Assembly: GCF_003945235.1 (NCBI RefSeq)
Contig: NZ_RSDW01000001.1
Location: 6,120,001-6,152,000 of the forward strand
Direction: 5' to 3'
Length of the DNA stretch: 32,000 nucleotides
Origin: Edaphobacter aggregans
GTDB lineage: Bacteria; Acidobacteriota; Terriglobia; Terriglobales; Acidobacteriaceae
The notes beneath the pieces were generated by a model that was not told the DNA's origin, did no database searches, and was given only the letters and a program-made list of their open reading frames with translations. The position numbers were made by a program, and so were the translations under genes. The number at the start of each line of letters is the position of its first letter. The first letter of the stretch is position 1. This document shows, piece by piece, positions 25,251-32,000 of the stretch.

Positions 25251-26180
25251 TCAGGTTCCGAAGGTTTGTTGAACGGGTGGAGCGGTGGGGTCTGATTTCT
25301 GTTGTACGACCAGCATGTTGGAGGAGATGCCTAGAGGGATTCCTTCTTTCTCGAAGGCCAGGATGATGCGGCGGCGGAGTTCGCGGAGGACGCCGTCACG
25401 CTGGTTGGCACGGACGCGGGTGTTGATGAGGTAGATGATTTCGCGGCCGCGGATGTCGTTGATGCCGAGGACTTCGGGGTCGGAGATGGTGATGTCCTTG
25501 AAGGCGGAGTCCTGGCGGATGTCGGTGGCCAGCTTGCGGAGGACTGCCATGACGGTGTCGGGGTTGGCGCTGGCGTCGACGCTGACGGAGAGCGAGGCGA
25601 CGGAGAAGTCGCGGGAGAGATTGGAGACGGTGGCGATCTGACTGTTGGGGATGATGTAGAGGGTGCCGTCGCCGTCGCGGAGGCGGGTGCTGCGGAGAGA
25701 GAGGTCTTCGACGGTGCCCTTGAGGCCGGCGAGGGAGACGGTTTCGCCGACGTTGTACTGGTCTTCCATGAGAATGAAGACGCCGTTCAGCATGTCCTTG
25801 AAGATGGATTGCGCTCCGAGGCCTATGCCGACGCCGAGAATGCCGGCTGAGGCTAGTAGCGGCTGATACGGGATGTCAAAGATGTTCAGAACCTGCAGAA
25901 AAGAGATGAAGAGGATGAGGCCGTACGCCGTGGCGCGAATAATGGAGGCCATGGTGCGGAGCTGGGCGGCACGGTGGAAGTTGCCGACCTGCTGATCGGC
26001 GCGCTGGCGGAGTCCTTTGACAAAGAACAGGACGACTCGCTGCATGATAAAGAAGAGGATCAGGACGACGGCGAGCTTGGGTAACTTATCGTGGAAGAAG
26101 GAGATTACGTCTTCGCTCCAGTCCTGTCCGATCGTTTTGAAGATGTGTTCACCTTGCGGGGTCATGGCCAGAAGGAGCAT
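25251..26180 (-). CDS. MscS-family mechanosensitive channel
   Basis: 309 aa with three TM segments. The conserved pore/beta-domain sequence is present (GILGVGIGLGAQSIFKDMLNGVFILMEDQYNVGETVSLAGLKGTVEDLSLRSTRLRDGDGTLYIIPNSQI). The start is probably ATG 26165. The stop lies only 5 nt from the convergent ATPase stop. Confidence 0.9.
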   Translation of the reverse strand: MLLLAMTPQGEHIFKTIGQDWSEDVISFFHDKLPKLAVVLILFFIMQRVVLFFVKGLRQRADQQVGNFHRAAQLRTMASIIRATAYGLILFISFLQVLNIFDIPYQPLLASAGILGVGIGLGAQSIFKDMLNGVFILMEDQYNVGETVSLAGLKGTVEDLSLRSTRLRDGDGTLYIIPNSQIATVSNLSRDFSVASLSVSVDASANPDTVMAVLRKLATDIRQDSAFKDITISDPEVLGINDIRGREIIYLINTRVRANQRDGVLRELRRRIILAFEKEGIPLGISSNMLVVQQKSDPTAPPVQQTFGT

Positions 26181-26297
26181 GATTGCAATATCTCACTTTC
26201 GCGCTTACGTGCTTTGAACAGGATGTGACAGCTTAGAGTTGGATGCAAGGCGGTGCGGGAGTCATGGGAAGCGCCATTGCGGGCGGGAGGGGGAGCC

Positions 26298-26681
26298 ATG
26301 AAAATTCTTCGGGCCGCGATCATGGGGGCTTTACTGTTGACCGGAAGCTCCGTCATGTTGCACGGGCAACTGGGAAGGGGTTCGAATCAGACGCAAAACC
26401 CTCTGCCTCCGGTTGGCCAGGGCAATATGGGAGGATTGGGTGGGCGTAATGAAGCGCCGGATCCGCTTGGGCCCCGGATACAGGAGCAGCAGGCCAAGAG
26501 TCGGAATAGCGACAGACAGCGGAAATTGGTGGAGGACACCGAACGATTGCTGTCGCTGGCGGCTGACCTGAAGCAGCAGATGGGTAACACGGGCAAAGAT
26601 GCTATGTCGGCAGATATGGTCAGGAAGGCCGAAGAGATCGAGAAGTTGGCCAAGAGCGTGAAGGAACGGATGAAGGGCTAA
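26298..26681 (+). CDS. Small secreted protein, paralog 1 of an unassigned family
   Basis: ATG 26298 follows GGGAGGGGGAG; the track ORF starts at 26253. It has a signal peptide (MKILRAAIMGALLLTGSSVMLHGQ), a Gly/Gln/Pro-rich linker, and a conserved C-terminal ~55 aa (RQRKLVEDTERLLSLAADLKQQMGNTGKDAMSADMVRKAEEIEKLAKSVKERMKG). Confidence 0.75.
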   Translation: MKILRAAIMGALLLTGSSVMLHGQLGRGSNQTQNPLPPVGQGNMGGLGGRNEAPDPLGPRIQEQQAKSRNSDRQRKLVEDTERLLSLAADLKQQMGNTGKDAMSADMVRKAEEIEKLAKSVKERMKG

Positions 26682-26692
26682 GGGGTTGTGCG

Positions 26693-27100
26693 ATGAAGAT
26701 GTTTCGAGTGGCGATGTTTGGGGTGGTTTTCGCGGCCAGTAGTTTTGCGGTATCGGGTTTAGGCCAGGCAACACCGTCTTCGGGGGCACAGGCACAGCAA
26801 TCGTCTGGGCCGGCGCGGGCGAGCAATGACGCCGCGACTTCAAGCAAGGCAGATGTGACGACGGCGAGCAAGTCTGGTGGGGCAGATGCAAACGCTCAGG
26901 CTGCCGCGGGGGCGCAGCAGGGGACTGACAAACAGAAGAAACTTGCGGCGGATACGGACAAACTTCTGGCGATGGCTACTGATTTAAAGCAACAGGTGGA
27001 CAAGACAAATAAAGACGTTTTGTCGGTGGACGTGATCAAAAAAGCAGAAGAGATTGAGAAGCTGGCGCGGAGTCTGAAACAGGAGATGAAACAGCAGTAG
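26693..27100 (+). CDS. Small secreted protein, paralog 2 of the same family
   Basis: 135 aa with a signal peptide (MKMFRVAMFGVVFAASSFAVSGLGQ) and an Ala/Ser/Gln-rich linker. The C-terminus (KQKKLAADTDKLLAMATDLKQQVDKTNKDVLSVDVIKKAEEIEKLARSLKQEMKQQ) aligns with paralog 1. It starts 11 nt after paralog 1. Confidence 0.75.
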   Translation: MKMFRVAMFGVVFAASSFAVSGLGQATPSSGAQAQQSSGPARASNDAATSSKADVTTASKSGGADANAQAAAGAQQGTDKQKKLAADTDKLLAMATDLKQQVDKTNKDVLSVDVIKKAEEIEKLARSLKQEMKQQ

Positions 27101-27111
27101 CTCATCCTTTT

Positions 27112-28060
27112 TTACGGTGCTGCGGACGAGGCTTCTGCAGACGTCAGAAGCCACTTGCCATCTTTTAGCTTGCATGTGTAGTGGACTGTCTTTGGCTTAA
27201 CCGCTTGTTCGGCTTCTTCGCCAAATCCTTGTGGGCTCATCTGCACGTCGAACGAAAAAGCCTGTTCACTGACTGTCACTTTGTTGATATCAGTTTCAAA
27301 TTCATCAGGATTGCAGGAGTGGTTTTCCTGCGCGCACCACTGTGAGGGCAGGTGATTTTCAACTCTGCCGAAAACTGTTGGCGCGCCGAATCTGTTTCGT
27401 CCGGGAAAATTCGAATCAGTTGTTTTTGCCGAGGATCATAGATGGATAACTTCGCGGATTGGACCGGATCGAAGTGGATCATGCTTTCTTCGAAGATGAT
27501 GTTTCCATCGATTTTGCCAACACCCATCCCCATATTCCTGCGCTGAAGGTTAGATCCGTATTCAAGACCAAGACACATCCGGCGGATGGGTTGATATGCG
27601 TGTTGATCGTGATGAATCCGTCTTTTTCTGAGATGTCTTGCGCCGATCCCAGGCAATTACTGGAGACCTGTTCCATGATGGTGCTGAAGCCTAGAAACGG
27701 AATTTTTGCGCCGTGCAGATCGGCTCGACGAAGTTGATGGATTTGTTCGTCATACCGGATGACATGCAACACCGATGGCAACCTGCCAGAAGCGTCGTCG
27801 TCGTAATAGGCGAGGAGGAATGGGGAGTTGTCAGAAGACACGGCGTAGCTGGTTATGGGCTGCTGACGGTCGCTCGCGGAGAAGAGATTTACAGGAATTT
27901 TATGGGCGGTTAGAACGTCTGCCAGGGTTTCGGCACGGAGGGGTGTCATGGCGAGAAGGGCCATTGTTATCAATGCTGATAAGGCGATTCTCAATGCGGT
28001 TCCTCTTCGGAGATGATGCATCGAAAGCAGGGTTTTGGCTATTGATGTCTTGCGAATCAA
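27112..28060 (-). pseudogene. Secreted hypothetical protein gene split across three reading frames (two apparent 1-nt frameshifts)
   Basis: Track ORF 27479..28060 (193 aa, signal peptide MHHLRRGTALRIALSALITMALLAMTPLRA from ATG 28021) is the first frame. Protein-like sequence continues in ORF 27276..27656 (...GKIDGNIIFEESMIHFDPVQSAKLSIYDPRQKQLIRIFPDETDSARQQFSAELK). It then continues in an unlisted third frame, open from ~27437 to TAA at 27112-27114 (...NHLPSQWCAQENHSCNPDEFETDINKVTVSEQAFSFDVQMSPQGFGEEAEQAVKPKTVHYTCKLKDGKWLLTSAEASSAAP*). Together the three pieces fill the whole gap between the flanking genes. Confidence 0.6.
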
Positions 28061-28179
28061 GTTGGCTAACTGGTGTCGGTCGGAACGACTTGCGCAGAAG
28101 GGAGGAGAAGGAGTACAAGGGTTCGGCTTCGGGCGGACCTATATAGCCGCAGGGGCCCAGGAAGGGCTGGTGCAGGGCA

Positions 28180-28533
28180 ATGCTTCGAGCAGGTTTAACC
28201 GTTTTAGTACTGTGGATTGTGATGTCAGCGACGGGCTGGGGACAAGCGGCACAACAGGCGGAGCAGAGGGTGGTGGAGTCTCCGCAATCGATACAACATC
28301 CGCGATCTGGATTTTATGGGCACAGTTTTGTCGCCCAGCAGAAGGCGATGCGGAATATCGAGAGACAGGACAAGCTTGTTAACGATACGAACAAGTTGCT
28401 GGCGTTGGTGGCCAACTTCAATCAGACGGCAAATAAGAGTGGTACCGAGTTGTCGTCTGCAGATATGGCGAAGCGGGTTGAGGAGATTGAGAAGTTGGCG
28501 CGTAGTGTGAAGGAACGGATGCTCAAGGAATAG
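28180..28533 (+). CDS. Small secreted protein, paralog 3 of the same family
   Basis: 117 aa with a signal peptide (MLRAGLTVLVLWIVMSATGWGQ). The C-terminus (RQDKLVNDTNKLLALVANFNQTANKSGTELSSADMAKRVEEIEKLARSVKERMLKE) aligns with paralogs 1 and 2. It shares an identical 15-mer GTGAAGGAACGGATG with paralog 1 (28507-28521 and 26658-26672). Confidence 0.75.
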   Translation: MLRAGLTVLVLWIVMSATGWGQAAQQAEQRVVESPQSIQHPRSGFYGHSFVAQQKAMRNIERQDKLVNDTNKLLALVANFNQTANKSGTELSSADMAKRVEEIEKLARSVKERMLKE

Positions 28534-28573
28534 GGCCCAGGAAGCGGGAATAGGAGCAACGGAACGGCGCTTA

Positions 28574-30193
28574 TCAGGGTTGGGCCAGGGCTGCGGTGGC
28601 GTCTACCTGCGGGACGGGTAATTGAGGGGATGGGACGGCGGTTGAGCGCATGACGCTGATGATGTGGTCTGCACTCCAGGTGGGGTGGGCGGCTCGGAGC
28701 AGGGCGGCGACTCCGGCGGCGAGAGGGGCGGAGGCGCTGGTGCCGATGGCCTGGACGTAGGGTGTGTGGCCGAGATTGAAGCATCCGTAGCTGTGGGCGG
28801 AGTCTGTTGGTGGTCCGTCGGTTGTAGACGGGTTTCCTGAGCTGCAGGCGCCGCGTACCCATCCGCTGACGGCCAGGTCTGTGCCTGAGGGGTAGCTCCC
28901 GCCGGGCGCGGCCAGGGCGTTGAGAGGGGTTCCGTGGTTGCTGTAGTAGGGGAGCGAGATGGGGCCAGGGGTGCAGGTGGCTCCGGCAGAGAGATTTTCG
29001 ACGCAGGCTGGGTTGGTGGATGCGACGATGGCGAGGACGTTGCGGGATTGGGCGGGGATCTCCAGGTAGCGAGGGTTGGAGAGGTCGTAGCCGTCGTTGC
29101 CGGCTGCGGCGATGAGGATGACTCCGGCTTGGGAGGCAGCGTAGGTGACTTGATCGAAGACGGCTTTGAGACCTGCGCCGTCCCCGGTGCTGAGGTCGAC
29201 GATGGTGCCGAGTGAGAGGGAGATGATGTCGGCGCGGTTGGTAACGGCGTCTTCGATACCTTGCATGACCCAGCTGAGGAGGCCGGTGGCTTCTCCTGCG
29301 GTGCAGCTTGCGGCGAGGGTGCTGGTGCCTGCGATGGAGGCTGGGAGGCGTTCGAGGACCTTGATGTTGAGGAGGGTTGCGGCAGGGGCGACTCCTATGA
29401 CCTGCCCGGTGCCGGGACCGATGGCGGCGGCGGCGAGAGAGGCGGTCCAGGTGCCATGGCCGGTTTGATCTTGCGGGCTGCCGTCGTCGCAGGAGCTTGG
29501 TAGCGCGGATGGATCGACTTCGCTGAGGTTGAGGGCGAGGTTGGGGGCGATGTCGGGATGGTTGGCGTCGACGCCGCTGTCGAGGATGGCGATGCGGACG
29601 CCTTTGCCCATGGTGGTGTTCCAGGGGCCGTTGGAGGGGCCGCCGGGGACGTTATTGCCGTAGCCGCCCACCTGCTGGACGGCCCAATCCTGAGGCGAGG
29701 TGTAGTAGGTGTCGTAGGGCGCCTGCGGGCCGATGACTACGCTGAAGGTGGGGTGCAGGATGGGCTGGATGTGGAGGCGGTGGGCGGTGACGAGGCGGTC
29801 GTGGAGGACGTATTCGACGTTGGGCTGGGCGGCGAGCCGACGCATGGTGGTTGCGTCGTCTTCGGTGCTGAGGGACTGGGCGGCGATGATACCGAAGTGC
29901 GGATTGCGTTGGGTGAGGCGCGCTCCTGCAGAGAGGGTGCGGGTTTCGGCGTCGGCTGGGACGACGGCGTTTCGGTAGACGACGAGATAGTGGTGGGGGA
30001 CGATGGGGCTTGGCTGGGCATTCTGCGCGTGAAGAGATGCGGCCAGGGCGAGGGAGAGAATCGCTGCTGCCTGTTTGAGCCACCGGGTCGGCGCGGTATC
30101 GTATTGCAACTGGGGCGAATATCGACGAGCGGACTGGGATGGGATGAGAGTGGACACGGCAGCACCTCGGAGTAATTGCACTGGTGTCTGCAT
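28574..30193 (-). CDS. Secreted subtilisin-like serine protease (peptidase S8) with N-terminal I9-type propeptide
   Basis: 539 aa. The catalytic triad contexts are present: RIAILDSGVD (Asp), GHGTWTASLAAA (His) and GTSASAPLAAGVAALL (Ser). A signal-like segment (AAAILSLALAASLHAQ) and a propeptide-like segment (HHYLVVYRNAVVPADAE...) precede them. Confidence 0.92.
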   Translation of the reverse strand: MQTPVQLLRGAAVSTLIPSQSARRYSPQLQYDTAPTRWLKQAAAILSLALAASLHAQNAQPSPIVPHHYLVVYRNAVVPADAETRTLSAGARLTQRNPHFGIIAAQSLSTEDDATTMRRLAAQPNVEYVLHDRLVTAHRLHIQPILHPTFSVVIGPQAPYDTYYTSPQDWAVQQVGGYGNNVPGGPSNGPWNTTMGKGVRIAILDSGVDANHPDIAPNLALNLSEVDPSALPSSCDDGSPQDQTGHGTWTASLAAAAIGPGTGQVIGVAPAATLLNIKVLERLPASIAGTSTLAASCTAGEATGLLSWVMQGIEDAVTNRADIISLSLGTIVDLSTGDGAGLKAVFDQVTYAASQAGVILIAAAGNDGYDLSNPRYLEIPAQSRNVLAIVASTNPACVENLSAGATCTPGPISLPYYSNHGTPLNALAAPGGSYPSGTDLAVSGWVRGACSSGNPSTTDGPPTDSAHSYGCFNLGHTPYVQAIGTSASAPLAAGVAALLRAAHPTWSADHIISVMRSTAVPSPQLPVPQVDATAALAQP

Positions 30194-30377
30194 CGGCGGG
30201 TTTGCGAAAACAGGCTAGAGAATTGGCGAACGTGTGCTATTACTTTGGTTTATCGCGGGAAGCAGGAGGAGCGATCGGGCTTGGTATTGGGTGGATTGAC
30301 CCTGTCGGAGCCATCATGCTCTAATTGCCGCTTTGTGAAGCAAGTTGCGGTTTGTCGTTATTCAAGGAGACCTTTGC

Positions 30378-32000
30378 ATGTACGTAGTAAGCCTTCTGGC
30401 TATAGCCGTTCAGGAACAAGTTCCCTTTACACCTGCAAGTGCTGATGATGGGCGGATGTGGCTGTGGATTGCGCTGGGCGTCGGGGTATTGGCGCTGGGA
30501 GCGGCGCTGATGCTGGCGCGTGCTGTGATTGCGGCGGATACGGGAACGGCTGACATGCGGGCGATTTCGGATGCGATCCGCGAAGGGGCCGAGGCGTTTT
30601 TGAAGAGGCAGTACAGGACGATCGGCGCGATTGCTGTCGTGCTGGCTGTGCTGCTGTTCTTTGGGTATCACCTGTCGCCCAGGACGGCGCCGTTTGCGCT
30701 GAAGACGGTGGTGAGCTTTCTGATGGGTGCGGTGTGCTCGGCTCTGGCAGGGTATACAGGGATGTACTGCTCGATACGTGCGAACATACGAACGGCTTCG
30801 GCGGCGCGTACGAGTTTGAATGATGCACTACGAATGGCGTTGCATGGCGGTGCGGTTACGGGGCTTGTGGTCGTGGCGCTATCGCTCCTTGGCGTGGGTG
30901 TGCTGTTCCTATTCTTCGGTGGGCTGGAGAATCCTCAGGCGGTGCCATATCAGCTGGTTGGCTTTGGATTCGGGGCTTCGCTTGTGGCGCTGTTTGCTCA
31001 GTTGGGCGGCGGAATTTATACGAAGGCTGCGGATGTCGGTGCTGACCTTGTCGGCAAGGTGGAGGCCGGGATTCCGGAGGATGATCCGAGGAATCCGGCG
31101 GTGATTGCGGACCTGGTGGGCGACAATGTTGGCGACTGTGCGGGTCGCGGCGCTGACTTGTTTGAGTCGACTGCAGCGGAGAATGTGGGCGCAATGATTC
31201 TGGGCGCTGCGCTGTATCCGGTGTTCGGGGTGAAAGGGATTTTGTTTCCGCTGATCGTTCATGCGATCAACTTGATTGCGAGCACGGTGGGCGTATTTGT
31301 GGTGAAGACACGCGAAGATGAAGACCCGATGCATGCTTTGAACAAAGGGTTCTACGTGACTTCGGCGCTGGCGTTGGCGGGCTTTGCGGTTGCTGTGTAC
31401 ACGATGCTGAATGGGCCACTAGTGCAGCCGTTGTGGCTGCTCGGCTGCGGCGTGATCGGTTTGGGTACGGCGTTTTTATTTGTGTGGATTACGGAGTACT
31501 ACACGGAGTCGAGGTATCGGCCGGTGAAGTCGATTGCCGAGGCTTCACTGACTGGCCCGGCGACGAATATCATCAGCGGGCTTGCGGTTGGTATGGAGAC
31601 ACCGGCGGCTCCTGTGCTGGTGATATCGGCGGCGTTGCTGCTGAGCTACTACTTTGGCGTGCAAGGGTTGGCGAATGTTGCTGGCATCAGCGATTATGCG
31701 AAGGGCATTTATGGCACGGCGATCGCCACGATGGGAATGCTGAGTTGCGCGGCTTACATTCTGGCGATGGATACGTTTGGACCGATTACGGATAACGCAG
31801 GCGGCATTATCGAGATGTCGCATCAACCGCATGAGATTCGTGAGCGGACGGACAAGCTGGATTCGGCGGGGAATACGACCAAGGCGCTGACGAAGGGGTA
31901 TGCGATTGGTTCGGCTTCGCTGGCGGCGTTTCTGCTGTTTTCTGCGTATCTTGAACAGATCAAGACAATTGTGACCGATAAGGTTGCACATGCTGGCGGT
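30378..32000 (+). CDS. hppA: K+-independent H+-translocating pyrophosphatase, first 541 codons (3' end off-window)
   Basis: My own translation from ATG 30378 (AAGGAGA SD at 30364-30370) stays open to the window end. It contains [67 protein letters not shown] and [29 protein letters not shown] has Lys in GNTTKA, the K+-independent type. It is missing from the ORF track because no stop codon lies in the window. Confidence 0.96.
   Translation, partial: MYVVSLLAIAVQEQVPFTPASADDGRMWLWIALGVGVLALGAALMLARAVIAADTGTADMRAISDAIREGAEAFLKRQYRTIGAIAVVLAVLLFFGYHLSPRTAPFALKTVVSFLMGAVCSALAGYTGMYCSIRANIRTASAARTSLNDALRMALHGGAVTGLVVVALSLLGVGVLFLFFGGLENPQAVPYQLVGFGFGASLVALFAQLGGGIYTKAADVGADLVGKVEAGIPEDDPRNPAVIADLVGDNVGDCAGRGADLFESTAAENVGAMILGAALYPVFGVKGILFPLIVHAINLIASTVGVFVVKTREDEDPMHALNKGFYVTSALALAGFAVAVYTMLNGPLVQPLWLLGCGVIGLGTAFLFVWITEYYTESRYRPVKSIAEASLTGPATNIISGLAVGMETPAAPVLVISAALLLSYYFGVQGLANVAGISDYAKGIYGTAIATMGMLSCAAYILAMDTFGPITDNAGGIIEMSHQPHEIRERTDKLDSAGNTTKALTKGYAIGSASLAAFLLFSAYLEQIKTIVTDKVAHAGG

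Noticed and set aside
30820-31795. Track ORFs 30820..31104(+), 31433..31795(+) and several - strand ORFs in the last 1.6 kb
   Set aside because: All are out of frame with, or antisense to, the unmistakable H+-pyrophosphatase reading frame starting at 30378. That frame is missing from the track only because it has no stop in the window.
1-32000. Scan for CRISPR arrays, IS/transposase or integrase genes, tRNA/rRNA, toxin-antitoxin pairs and known defence-system genes
   Set aside because: I saw no direct-repeat/spacer periodicity, no transposase- or recombinase-like ORF, no tRNA-like structures and no nuclease/helicase/methylase cassettes by eye. The only compositional anomalies are the lower-GC segments at 27.1-28.1 kb, 16.8-17.7 kb and 11.85-12.25 kb, which are reported separately.

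Overview
High-GC (~60-65%) bacterial chromosome, probably Acidobacteriota (Acidobacteriaceae-like). That lineage call is an inference from a TIGR03435-type 'soil-associated' protein and overall gene style. The first ~11.4 kb is one + strand flagellar operon with tight or overlapping gene junctions: flgD (3' end), flgE, fliL, a FliN-like SpoA protein, fliO, fliP, fliQ, fliR, flhB, flhA, fliA, fliM, fliN, and a terminal uncharacterised gene. The rest is housekeeping and envelope genes: a PG-binding protein, HtrA/DegP, an amidohydrolase-EamA pair, a truA-M20 peptidase-TIGR03435 run, an orphan TolC-family protein, a YyaL-like thioredoxin-domain protein with a small AAA ATPase, MscS, an S8 subtilase, and the 5' 541 codons of a K+-independent H+-pyrophosphatase. 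I found no tRNA/rRNA, CRISPR array, transposase/integrase or recognisable defence system. Five things merit a second look. (1) The last gene of the flagellar operon overlaps fliN and combines a 4-Cys cluster with a T2SSE_N/MshEN-like domain carrying two tandem near-matches to the c-di-GMP-binding motif. (2) A G10 tract lies at the 5' end of fliA. (3) Three paralogous small secreted proteins share a ~55-aa helical C-terminal domain I cannot place in any family. (4) They surround a lower-GC secreted-protein gene that runs through three reading frames. (5) The flagellar layout is non-canonical: two SpoA genes, fliM/fliN displaced behind fliA, no flhF/flhG, and a FlgD that ends right after its N-terminal motif. 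All family assignments come from motif recognition by eye; no database search was run.
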